A stretch of DNA of 40,580 nucleotides from Clostridia bacterium (lineage in GTDB: Bacteria > Bacillota > Clostridia > UMGS1883), in NCBI GenBank assembly GCA_045591865.1, contig JAZNTQ010000112.1:1-40580 (forward strand). The letters are read 5' to 3'. Below the pieces are notes generated by a model. The model was not told the origin of the DNA. It saw only the letters and a program-made list of their open reading frames with translations, and did not search any database. Of this stretch, positions 28,265 to 36,433 are shown in pieces. The translations under genes and the position numbers were made by a program. Numbering within the stretch: position 1 is the stretch's first letter; every line of letters begins with the position of its first letter.

Positions 28265-28663
28265 ATGGAAATCGAAACAATCAAATTTGTAAGAGAGTAT
28301 GAGAATTACGAAAAGAAATATGATGTTATCTACCGTTCCCGCCGTTGCGTTACATACTCCGAAAACAAACTCCCCCAAAGCGTAAAAAACTTTATCTCCC
28401 AAGCGCAAGCAACAAAGCAATACGACTACACATCAACGCGAAAGAACAAAAACGAAATCATATACAAAAAACATATAAAGTTTCGCGTAACGGCAAAAAT
28501 CGCAGACAGCCCAGCAATGCCAACAAACACATTTTATGCGGAAAAAGAGTTTCTATTTCCCGTTGATAGCAACGTATTCGGCAGAGTAGCCGATGTTAGA
28601 AATTATTACAAAACCGCCTATAAAACAGACAATATAGAGATCATAAAGGCTGTGCAACTATAA
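28265..28663 (+). CDS. hypothetical protein
   Basis: 132-aa ORF, RBS GAAAGGA. Confidence 0.7.
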   Translation: MEIETIKFVREYENYEKKYDVIYRSRRCVTYSENKLPQSVKNFISQAQATKQYDYTSTRKNKNEIIYKKHIKFRVTAKIADSPAMPTNTFYAEKEFLFPVDSNVFGRVADVRNYYKTAYKTDNIEIIKAVQL

Positions 28664-28674
28664 AGAATAGCAAT

Positions 28675-28699
28675 ACCGTGCGGGGCGGTTAAACCCCGC
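28675..28699 (+). ncRNA. intergenic H-type pseudoknot, copy 2
   Basis: ACCG-T-GCGGGG-CGGT-TAAA-CCCCGC. Confidence 0.55.
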
Positions 28700-28715
28700 A
28701 GAAAGGAAAAGAAAT

Positions 28716-29366
28716 ATGAATAACGAATTGAAATCCCTATTACAGCAGATAGGAAATCTGCCCTTTGAAGAACGGGTATCGACTATAAACGAAGTCAAAG
28801 GCTTCTTGAAGCAAATCAGCCCGTTTACTGCCGAGCCTGTCGAATGTGTGCAATGGGTAAAGGCTGACGAGGTTATAGCAAACGATTATAACCCGAACAG
28901 CGTTGCCCCCCCCGAAATGGAATTGCTTCACACATCTATTCAAGAAGACGGCTACACACAGCCTATCGTTGTATGGCAACACGATGGCATATATGAGGTT
29001 GTAGACGGCTTCCACCGTAACCGAGTAGGCAAGGAGTACGCGGACATAAAAGAACGCATACACGGCTATTTGCCCGTTGTCGTTATCAATAATGACCGAG
29101 AGGACAAAGGCGATAGAATTGCTTCTACGATTCGCCACAACCGCGCAAGAGGTAAGCACAAGGTTGAAGCAATGAGCGATATTGTCATTGAGCTCAAGCG
29201 CAGAAATTGGAGTGATGCGAAGATAGGGCGCGAGCTGGGTATGGATGCGGACGAAGTGCTCCGCCTTACGCAGATAACAGGGCTTGCGGAAATGTTCGCG
29301 GACAAAGACTTCTCGCAAGCTTGGGAAGTGGATATGACCGAAGATATTGTTGATACGGAGTTTTAA
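28716..29366 (+). CDS. IbrB-like ParB/Srx-domain protein
   Basis: ANDYNPNSVAPPEMELL..SI.EDGYTQPIV, VVDGFHR, ASTIRHNRARGKH. Confidence 0.85.
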   Translation: MNNELKSLLQQIGNLPFEERVSTINEVKGFLKQISPFTAEPVECVQWVKADEVIANDYNPNSVAPPEMELLHTSIQEDGYTQPIVVWQHDGIYEVVDGFHRNRVGKEYADIKERIHGYLPVVVINNDREDKGDRIASTIRHNRARGKHKVEAMSDIVIELKRRNWSDAKIGRELGMDADEVLRLTQITGLAEMFADKDFSQAWEVDMTEDIVDTEF

Positions 29367-29368
29367 CA

Positions 29369-29782
29369 ATGGAGCGGATATTTCATCACTACAATTTGTG
29401 GGAAGATTACCACGCGGGAATGTATGACGAGAGCAAAGACGGGCGCGCGGAGCGAGTAGCAAAAGCCGCGTATATTTTAGGCACTCCCGATATTTGCCGC
29501 GAAGCAATGCAAAAGGTTGTTGCGGAATGGGAGAAAGCAACGGAATACAATTTTTCAAACGCAGAGATCAACCGCAAAGCGTGGCTGGGGCAAGCCGCCT
29601 GTTGTTGCTACGCGGGCATACACGAGGACGAAACCCGCGAAGCGTGGGGAATTATGACCGAAGCGCAGAGAATAGAAGCAAACGTAATAGCGGGGCAGAT
29701 AATCAAAGAGTGGATTAGTAAGTGGGAATTTGAGAACGATCCGCAAATATCAATGTTTAACGATTGGGGGAATATATTTTGA
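29369..29782 (+). CDS. hypothetical protein between the ibrB-like and ibrA-like genes
   Basis: HHYNLWEDYHAGMY...NRKAWLGQAAC; tightly coupled to both neighbours. Confidence 0.7.
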   Translation: MERIFHHYNLWEDYHAGMYDESKDGRAERVAKAAYILGTPDICREAMQKVVAEWEKATEYNFSNAEINRKAWLGQAACCCYAGIHEDETREAWGIMTEAQRIEANVIAGQIIKEWISKWEFENDPQISMFNDWGNIF

Positions 29783-31005
29783 AAACCTTGCTTGATATGA
29801 ATGTATACGAAGCGGCAAAACAGCGCATTGAGTGGACTTTTGATAACTTCGAAAGGGTTTATGTTTCATTCTCGGCGGGAAAGGATAGCACTTGTATGCT
29901 TCATATGGTTATGGATGAAGCAATCAAAAGAGGGCGCACCGTAGGCGTTCTATTGATTGACCTTGAGGGGCAATACAAAAAGACGATAGACCACGCTTTG
30001 CGTTGCCGAGAGCTATACAAAGAGCATTCGGAGTGGTATTGGGTGTGCTTGCCGATACACTTGAGAAACGCGGTGAGCGTTTATGAGCCGTTTTGGAAGT
30101 GCTGGGATAAAGAAGCGGAAAGCCAATGGATAAGACCGATGCCGAAAGATGTTATAAAGGATTTGGACTATTTCCCGTTCTTTGAAGACGGTATGGAGTT
30201 TGAAGAGTTTGTGCCGCTTTTCGGCGAATGGTATTCGCAGGGCAAGAGTTGTGCTTGCTGTGTCGGCATTAGATCAGACGAAAGCTTGAACAGATACAGA
30301 ACGATTGCCAATCGTTACAAAACCCCGAAAGACGGCAAAATGTGGACAACGAAAGTCACGGAACACACCTACAACGTTTATCCTATATACGATTGGGCTA
30401 CGGAAGACGATTGGATTTATCAAGGGAAAAACCCCGACAAGCCATACAACGAACTATATGATTATATGCACCTTGCGGGGCTTACCATTCATCAGATGCG
30501 AATATGCCAGCCCTACGGGGACGATCAGCGGCGCGGGCTGTGGCTTTTCCACTTGATAGAGCCCGAAACGTGGGCGCGTGTTGTCGCAAGGGTAAACGGG
30601 GCGAATAGCGGCGCGATGTACATAAACGAAAATGGCAATGTCAACGGCTACCGCAAAATCACGAAACCAGCGGGGCATACGTGGAAGTCATTTGCGACCT
30701 TGCTTATAAATTCAATGCCGCCCAAAACGCAGGAACATTACAAAAACAAGATTTACAAATTCGTTAAGTGGTGGGAAACAAGGGGCTACCCCGAGGGAAT
30801 ACCCGATGAAGCGGACATACACCTTGAAACAAAAAAGGATGTGCCGAGCTGGAGAAGAATATGCAAATCTCTGTTGCGTAACGATTATTGGTGCAAGGGA
30901 CTTTCTTTCACACAGCAGAAGTCAACGGCTTACGAAAAATATATAGCAATGATGAAAGCGAAGCGAGAGCAAGACGAAAATCAAATAACCTTATGGGAGA
31001 GTTGA
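29779..31005 (+). CDS. IbrA-like PAPS reductase-family / DUF3440 protein
   Basis: PP-loop VSFSAGKDS, VGIRSDESLNR, YPIYDW...D.W, MRICQPYGDDQR, PSWRRICK.LL.ND..CKGLSF; probable TTG start. Confidence 0.9.
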   Translation: MKTLLDMNVYEAAKQRIEWTFDNFERVYVSFSAGKDSTCMLHMVMDEAIKRGRTVGVLLIDLEGQYKKTIDHALRCRELYKEHSEWYWVCLPIHLRNAVSVYEPFWKCWDKEAESQWIRPMPKDVIKDLDYFPFFEDGMEFEEFVPLFGEWYSQGKSCACCVGIRSDESLNRYRTIANRYKTPKDGKMWTTKVTEHTYNVYPIYDWATEDDWIYQGKNPDKPYNELYDYMHLAGLTIHQMRICQPYGDDQRRGLWLFHLIEPETWARVVARVNGANSGAMYINENGNVNGYRKITKPAGHTWKSFATLLINSMPPKTQEHYKNKIYKFVKWWETRGYPEGIPDEADIHLETKKDVPSWRRICKSLLRNDYWCKGLSFTQQKSTAYEKYIAMMKAKREQDENQITLWES

Positions 31006-31009
31006 GACA

Positions 31010-31303
31010 ATGAGAAAAAGAGGAATGACACCCGAACAGGCTGAAAAGTTAAGGCTAAAGAGAGGACTTGACCGAGGGACAAAGCTCCGCATCGTAAGGG
31101 TGCGGAGCGGGCTGTCGCAAAGTGAGCTTTCGGCGGCTTCGGGTGTACCCGTCAAGACAATACAGCGATACGAGCAAGAGCCGAACAAGGTTGACGGCGC
31201 AAGGCTTGATAAGCTTTGCGGGTTGAGCGAAGCACTCGGCTGTAAAATCACCGATATTATAGAAGATAAAAAGCTGATTGAACGGTTTAACAAAGTTAAA
31301 TAA
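31010..31303 (+). CDS. XRE-family HTH regulator
   Basis: GLSQSELSAASGVPVKTIQRYEQ. Confidence 0.85.
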   Translation: MRKRGMTPEQAEKLRLKRGLDRGTKLRIVRVRSGLSQSELSAASGVPVKTIQRYEQEPNKVDGARLDKLCGLSEALGCKITDIIEDKKLIERFNKVK

Positions 31304-31357
31304 GCCGTTCTTTCGGCTGAAATAAAATGAAAGCGTTTACGTAGAAAGGAAAGAAAA

Positions 31358-32023
31358 ATGAAAAGTTACAAAGGATTTGACAAGGACTTAAAGTGCAGAG
31401 GTTTTCAGTACGAAATCGGAAAAGAGTATGAAGAAGCAAAGGCAGAACAATGCAAAAGCGGTTTTCACGCTTGCGAACATCCTCTTGATGTGCTGGGATA
31501 TTATCCACCGACAGATAATAACCGCTATTGTGAAGTAGAGCAAAGTGGAGAAATCTCAAAGGGCTTTGATGATACCAAAGTCGCAAGCACAAAAATAAAG
31601 ATCGGTGCGGAAATAGGGCTGAAAGGCTTAATCAAAGCGGCTTTTGAGTACACAAAAGAAAGATGCACCAACAGTCAGCAAGGGGAAGCCTTTTCAGCCT
31701 TGACGGGCGGTTACAGTTCAGCCTTGACGGGCGGTTACAGGTCAGCCTTGACGGGCGGTTACAGGTCAGCCTTGACGGGCGGTAACAGTTCAGCCTTGAC
31801 GGGCGGTTACAGGTCAGCCTTGACGGGCGGTGAATATTCCGTCGTCTATGGCGGTGAGGGTGCGAAAGTGAGAGCAAAGAAAGGCTCTGTGCTTGCCCTT
31901 CAATATTGGGTAGATTATGAGTTAAAGGGAATTAAATTCAAAGAGGTTGACGGCGTGAAGATAAAAGAAGATACATACTATAAGCTTTCTGCCGACGGCA
32001 GATTCATAGAAGTAAAGGAGTAA
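31358..32023 (+). CDS. phage protein with YKGFDKDLKCRGFQY N-terminal domain and beta-helix-type repeats
   Basis: GFHACEHPLDVLGYY; SALTGGxx x6; VDGVKIKEDTYY C-terminus. Confidence 0.8.
   Translation: MKSYKGFDKDLKCRGFQYEIGKEYEEAKAEQCKSGFHACEHPLDVLGYYPPTDNNRYCEVEQSGEISKGFDDTKVASTKIKIGAEIGLKGLIKAAFEYTKERCTNSQQGEAFSALTGGYSSALTGGYRSALTGGYRSALTGGNSSALTGGYRSALTGGEYSVVYGGEGAKVRAKKGSVLALQYWVDYELKGIKFKEVDGVKIKEDTYYKLSADGRFIEVKE
31694..31837 (+). repeat. 6 x 24-nt coding tandem repeat
   Basis: TCAGCCTTGACGGGCGGT+6 nt, head to tail with no spacers. Confidence 0.95.
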
Positions 32024-32025
32024 AA

Positions 32026-32253
32026 ATGGCAAGCAAAAACATTTATCAAGATTACGCGGAAGACTTAAAGAAATATCTCACAAGCAAACTTCCCGATGAG
32101 CTGTCTCACATCGTTGCGGAAATCTCGGAGTATATCGCCTGTAAAACGGCAAATTTGATTCACGATGTAATTCGTGAGAGGGACAACGAGTGGGAAGATT
32201 GGAACAATTTGATAAATAAGCAGTTAGAAAGGAAAAGGAGGAACAAAGAATGA
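32026..32253 (+). CDS. hypothetical protein
   Basis: RBS AAAGGAG. Confidence 0.6.
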   Translation: MASKNIYQDYAEDLKKYLTSKLPDELSHIVAEISEYIACKTANLIHDVIRERDNEWEDWNNLINKQLERKRRNKE

Positions 32254-32486
32254 GCGAATATTGCCATAATTGCGCGGCTCGCAACAGTTGCGGCGCGGCG
32301 GTTGCATACGGCTCAATATGTTGTATGGTAAACAGGATGAGAAGCGGGCAAACAAAGGGCGATTTTGTCGGGGCAAGCAAAGAAAAACCGAGGTATTGCG
32401 CTTATTGCGGTCAGCCGTTAAGGGAGATCGGAAACAAACGCTTTTGTAATAATGTGCAATGCCGAAACAGATATAACGATGTTTGA
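32250..32486 (+). CDS. Cys-rich, putative Zn-finger protein
   Basis: CHNC, CAYC, C..V.C motifs; RBS AGGAGG. Confidence 0.6.
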   Translation: MSEYCHNCAARNSCGAAVAYGSICCMVNRMRSGQTKGDFVGASKEKPRYCAYCGQPLREIGNKRFCNNVQCRNRYNDV

Positions 32487-32556
32487 AAGGCGGCGAGGAT
32501 GAAGAATACAGAGTGTTGCCCGATGATTTTTGTAGCTACGACGAAAGGAGAAAGCA

Positions 32557-32859
32557 ATGAATGAACGATATATAGCTGTAAGCCGCCTTTGTGAATGGCT
32601 GAAAAATCTTAAAAGCGGCTTTACGAAAGATGAACTTGTATTCCGTGATGAACTAATAGAGCACTTGCAAGGGAATAACGGCATTGCGAACGTGCTTCCC
32701 GTTGCCGATGTTGTCGAGGTGGTACGGTGCAAGGATTGCCAATTTCGGGGGAACGACCTTTGCGCGATGACTTATTATTCGGAATATGCGGGATGTTATG
32801 TCGATGAAACGGAAGATTGCGATTTTTGCAGTTACGGAGAAAGGGGAAACAATGGCTGA
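32557..32859 (+). CDS. hypothetical phage protein
   Basis: P.ADVVEVVRCKDC...DFCSYGER, a common phage motif. Confidence 0.7.
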   Translation: MNERYIAVSRLCEWLKNLKSGFTKDELVFRDELIEHLQGNNGIANVLPVADVVEVVRCKDCQFRGNDLCAMTYYSEYAGCYVDETEDCDFCSYGERGNNG

Positions 32860-33121
32860 TGTACATATTGGGGATATTCTCCGCAATGATTTTGTAAGTG
32901 AAGAAAGTCCGTTAAGGTATCAAGTAGTTATTCAGCATATAAAAATGCAACGGCAAAACACCGTTAAGTGCTTAACGAGGGAACTCCGTTATTCTTATTA
33001 TTTCAAAAATGATATAGGAAAGGGCATTGAAATAGTAGGGCATTTTGATGTGATGAAAACAATAAAAAGTGCTTTTGTAACGGCATTAGACGAAGCTTTG
33101 AAAGAGAGGGTAAACCGATGA
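32852..33121 (+). CDS. hypothetical protein
   Basis: RBS AAAGGGG before ATG 32852. Confidence 0.55.
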   Translation: MADVHIGDILRNDFVSEESPLRYQVVIQHIKMQRQNTVKCLTRELRYSYYFKNDIGKGIEIVGHFDVMKTIKSAFVTALDEALKERVNR

Positions 33122-33450
33122 GCAAAACGATCTTGTGTCAATGTAGTAATTGCGGATTCCATTTTGAAGTACGTCCTATGTTGGGAATTGCAGAGGGAAT
33201 GTATTATAACGGATATCGCGCCGTGGGTACTGCCTTTTATTGTGATAAATGCGTTAAGACTTGGAAAGAGCGCAACGGGAAAGAATTTGACGAGCAAGTC
33301 ATAAACCCGTCAAAGCAGTTTGCGAACTGGTGGAATAATCAAGTGCAAAGCGTTGTTAAGGACAAAAGCAAAATCAAGACATATCGCATTGTAAACGGCA
33401 TATATGAAGAAGTGCAAAAACGAGTTGACAAAACAGAATATTCAGAATAA
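33118..33450 (+). CDS. hypothetical protein with two CxxC motifs
   Basis: CSNC...CDKC; ATGA overlap. Confidence 0.6.
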   Translation: MSKTILCQCSNCGFHFEVRPMLGIAEGMYYNGYRAVGTAFYCDKCVKTWKERNGKEFDEQVINPSKQFANWWNNQVQSVVKDKSKIKTYRIVNGIYEEVQKRVDKTEYSE

Positions 33451-33456
33451 TATTAA

Positions 33457-33490
33457 CAAAAAAGAAGCGGGCATTTCGCCCGCTTTCTTG
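33457..33490. terminator. bidirectional intrinsic terminator
   Basis: A-tract-AAGCGGGC-ATTTC-GCCCGCTT-TCTT between convergent genes. Confidence 0.8.
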
Positions 33491-33492
33491 CT

Positions 33493-33750
33493 TCAAAATA
33501 CGTTGAAGTGTTCCACGCTTTCGACCGTAATTCCTCTTGACTTAATTTCGGCAAGTATTTTGTGATACTCCGCTTCATCTCTCGCAATTCTTGAAGCGTT
33601 GTGAATAACCATTGTATCGCAGTTTCTCACGGCTTCGAGATCACTTGTTACAAATAGGACTTTGCAACCCTTGTCGGCGGCATAAGCTCTGCAAAACATT
33701 TCTTGCATTGCTTGTCTATGCCCTCTAACGTAGATAATAGCTGTTTTCAT
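33493..33750 (-). CDS. minimal serine-recombinase-fold protein lacking the catalytic Ser
   Basis: AIIYVRG, DTMVIHNASRIARD and RGITVESV align with integrase AVAYARFS, DIVLVHKFNRFARN and MGITVVSV; RBS AAAAGGGGA. Confidence 0.65.
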   Translation of the reverse strand: MKTAIIYVRGHRQAMQEMFCRAYAADKGCKVLFVTSDLEAVRNCDTMVIHNASRIARDEAEYHKILAEIKSRGITVESVEHFNVF

Positions 33751-33754
33751 ATCT

Positions 33755-35356
33755 TCATCCCCTTTTGTTTAATGGCTGTTGATGTGTTTTCCGCTTCACC
33801 GTCTTTTTGATTGTAACGGGTGTTATAATGCGGTTTGCCCCCCTCTTTTTCATTTTATCCCCCCGTAGGGTAGAAAAATCTACCCGTAGGGTGATATCAA
33901 GGTTTTCGGGGTAAACCACAATTTGCTCAACAAATGTGTTGAAGATGATTTGCGCGTATTCTGCATCGGTCGCGCTGACGGTGCGGCGAAAGTTTTCTAA
34001 AAATATCTTTATTTCCTCAAACTCTATATTTTCGGTGCTTTCAAGATATCTGTTCTTTTCAATCTGTTCTTCAAGGTGCTTTTTCTCCGCTTTCAAAGCC
34101 CTGTTTTTATCTTCAAGTATGTTCATTTCAATACCGCCGTTGATATACAAATCCATTAGCTTTGCTTGCTGATCCTTGATTTTATTAAGCTGTTTACTCA
34201 ATTTTTCCGTTGATACTTGCGGTGTTTTTCTCTCTTTTTCGAGCTGTAGCAAAACTTGTTTGGCAATGCTATCAATGGCATTGTCTGTCAATACATTTTC
34301 TGTTATAGTATCTATTATAAGTTTTTCGTAATAATCTTTGTTTAGAGATGGATTGTTGCAACTGTTTTTGTGCTTGGTTTTTCCCGCGCATTTATAGTAT
34401 GCCGCTTCATCTCCTTTTTTGTTTTTCTTTTTCGCGCCGCTTCCGCAGTAGGTGAAGCCGCAAACCCCGCATTTTAATTTCCCTGTCATTATATACTTTC
34501 TTTTTCTCCAACGGGCTTTATTTTTGCTTCGCCGCTTCTCTTGAACGGCTTCCCACAAATCCTCGTCAATTATCGGATTTTTGATAATCCCGTCAAGCCG
34601 TATTGTTTCGGTGCTTGTGTGGTGATAAACGAAGTTACCGACATATTTCTCATTTTGCAAGAGATCGAACACGGTGCGCTCGCTGAATCGTCTGCCGTAT
34701 TGGTTGCGGTAGCCCTCTTCGTTTAAGCGTGCCACAATCTGAGTTTTCGGAACACCGTCCGCGTATTCTTGGAAAATACGCTTTATAATATGCGCGTTTT
34801 CATCGGGATAATAATACCCCTCTTCATCGACAGACAGCCCGAGCAATTTGCCGCCGCCTGTGTGCTTGCCTTTCAAGGCGTTCTCCAGCATTCCTTTTTT
34901 GACCTCAAGTGCAAGGTTTTCGGAGTAATATTGATCCATTGCTTCAATAAGGCTTTCCAATATGCGCCCCTCGGGACTATCGTCAATCGGCTGTGTTACG
35001 GAAACAACCGTAATGCCCATATCGCGCAAGCGTTTTTTATAAATCGCGCTATCGTACTTGTTACGGGCGAAACGGTTGAACTTGTGAACAAGCACAATAT
35101 CAATATCGACTTTGCCCGCGAAAATATCATCAATCATATTTTTGAAATCGTCCCGCATATCTGTTGTAGCTGATTGTGCTTCATCGGTGTATATCTCTAC
35201 AAGTTGGATATTTTCCCGTTCGCAGTATTCGCGGATCGCCCGCAACTGTGCATCAATACTTTCGTCCCTTTGATTGTTGGAGCTGAAACGAGCGTAGGCT
35301 ACAGCCCGCCTTATATGTTCCCCGTTTCGTTTTATCGTTCGTGTCATACTTGCCAT
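33755..35356 (-). CDS. int: large serine recombinase (integrase)
   Basis: YARFSS catalytic motif, RFAR, recombinase domain (LQNEKYVG, PII...W), Zn ribbon CGVCG...YYKC...C, coiled coil. Confidence 0.95.
   Translation of the reverse strand: MASMTRTIKRNGEHIRRAVAYARFSSNNQRDESIDAQLRAIREYCERENIQLVEIYTDEAQSATTDMRDDFKNMIDDIFAGKVDIDIVLVHKFNRFARNKYDSAIYKKRLRDMGITVVSVTQPIDDSPEGRILESLIEAMDQYYSENLALEVKKGMLENALKGKHTGGGKLLGLSVDEEGYYYPDENAHIIKRIFQEYADGVPKTQIVARLNEEGYRNQYGRRFSERTVFDLLQNEKYVGNFVYHHTSTETIRLDGIIKNPIIDEDLWEAVQEKRRSKNKARWRKRKYIMTGKLKCGVCGFTYCGSGAKKKNKKGDEAAYYKCAGKTKHKNSCNNPSLNKDYYEKLIIDTITENVLTDNAIDSIAKQVLLQLEKERKTPQVSTEKLSKQLNKIKDQQAKLMDLYINGGIEMNILEDKNRALKAEKKHLEEQIEKNRYLESTENIEFEEIKIFLENFRRTVSATDAEYAQIIFNTFVEQIVVYPENLDITLRVDFSTLRGDKMKKRGANRIITPVTIKKTVKRKTHQQPLNKRG
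33818..33863. other. candidate attP inside the integrase 3' end
   Basis: imperfect inverted repeat GGGTGTTATAATG / CATTTTATCCCCC (10/13) around a 20-nt spacer. Confidence 0.45.
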
Positions 35357-35363
35357 ATTGTCA

Positions 35364-35687
35364 TCACTCCATATCAAGATACATTTTCATTATTTCCTTG
35401 TAAACTCGTTCCCGTTCGGCTTTCGGTATTGCTTGATTGCAGAGAACGCTTCGTGCCCTTGCCAAAAGCTCAAAGCTCTCGTTCTCGGTCTCTACTCCCC
35501 AATAATCCATTGACACACCGAAGAAATAACATAAGGCTGTCAATTGTTGTAGGTGGGGAACACGCCTATTTGATTCATAGTTGCTGATAGTTGCCCTGCT
35601 CCAATTCATCCGAATTGCAAGCTCCTCTTGTGTCAGCCCTCGCCCCTTTCTCAAAGTTTTTAGTTTACTGCCTATACTTTCGTTCAC
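35364..35687 (-). CDS. XRE-family immunity repressor with no peptidase domain
   Basis: LKTLRKGRGLTQEELA...SRATISNYESNRRVP; upstream of int and divergent from the lytic genes. Confidence 0.85.
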   Translation of the reverse strand: MNESIGSKLKTLRKGRGLTQEELAIRMNWSRATISNYESNRRVPHLQQLTALCYFFGVSMDYWGVETENESFELLARARSVLCNQAIPKAERERVYKEIMKMYLDME

Positions 35688-35793
35688 TATTACACCCCCT
35701 CTCTTATTAGCATAATATCATACATTGTAAACGAAGTGAAACATTTTGCCCGCCAAAAGTCACAAAAAGAAAAACATTTTTGAAAATTTGTTA

Positions 35794-35822
35794 TTGCGCC
35801 CGAACAAATATTCTAATATAAT
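35794..35822 (+). promoter_or_regulatory. sigmaA promoter with a LexA/DinR-like SOS box in the spacer
   Basis: TTGCGC, 17 nt, TATAAT; CGAACAAATATTCT at 35801-35814. Confidence 0.6.
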
Positions 35823-35871
35823 GATTGAGAAAGTTGACAATTAACTGAAAATGATAACGAGGTGTAGCAAT

Positions 35872-36069
35872 TTGCGAAACAAACACGGCTTGACGATTAC
35901 TGAACGAATTACCAAAGATATAGAGCTTGCGGAAATGTCACGAAACGAAGAACACAGAAAATTGCTTGCACATATGGCAATAGCGGCGGCAGAGCTGGCT
36001 ATTGACTTCGGGCTTATTACATATAAAGAGTGGGGAGATTTAACGCGGAGAGCGTTCGCGGCTATGTAG
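35872..36069 (+). CDS. small helical protein, candidate antirepressor
   Basis: RBS GAGGTG with TTG start; single gene between the SOS-box promoter and a hairpin. Confidence 0.5.
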   Translation: MRNKHGLTITERITKDIELAEMSRNEEHRKLLAHMAIAAAELAIDFGLITYKEWGDLTRRAFAAM

Positions 36070-36090
36070 GGCGGGAAGCCCTTTGTTATT
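36068..36090 (+). terminator. putative terminator
   Basis: AGGGC-GGGAA-GCCCT-TTGTTATT. Confidence 0.5.
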
Positions 36091-36124
36091 ATGCTTTTTG
36101 TGTCGATTTGTTTACATTATGTAA

Positions 36125-36256
36125 AACATATACAAAAAAATGTGTAAAAGTTTGTATAAAATGCGAATTGAAATAATACCCAAAAATGGTATAATAATAC
36201 TGTCGATAAGAGATACCCCACGGGGTATAAACAAAAGAAAACAAGGAGAAAGAAAA
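36125..36256 (+). promoter_or_regulatory. promoter-operator unit B
   Basis: TTGAAA 36168, 16 nt spacer, TGnTATAAT 36190; palindrome ATACCCC-AC-GGGGTAT 36213-36228. Confidence 0.75.
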
Positions 36257-36427
36257 ATGAGAATTGCGGCAAAAGGAAAATATTTTATCGAAGCAACGGA
36301 CAAAAAAAGAAATCGTAAATTCTTCCCTTTCTACGATGGATTTGACACCAAAAAGGAAGCGGAAGAATTTTGCGAAAAAATGAACAAGGCAACACCAAAT
36401 TTTGCACATACGGTTGTTAAGCGATAA
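36257..36427 (+). CDS. 56-aa hypothetical protein, first gene of operon B
   Basis: RBS AAGGAG; FDTKKEAEEFCEKMN. Confidence 0.65.
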   Translation: MRIAAKGKYFIEATDKKRNRKFFPFYDGFDTKKEAEEFCEKMNKATPNFAHTVVKR

Positions 36428-36433
36428 CAAGCA

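Noticed and set aside
31303-31335. Possible fourth pseudoknot (AGCCG/CGGCT with CTTT/GAAAG)
   Set aside because: The second stem is short, competes with the first and lacks the shared geometry
31694-31837. CRISPR-like array
   Set aside because: Units are head-to-tail 24-mers in frame within a CDS, with no unique spacers and no cas genes
33425-33453. TTGACA with a weak -10 at the end of ORF 33118
   Set aside because: The -10 is ambiguous and it points straight into a terminator; unsupported without transcript data
27600-36256. Deletion of the int/repressor module by recombination between the twin promoters
   Set aside because: Homology is short and interrupted, and nothing in the sequence shows that this happens
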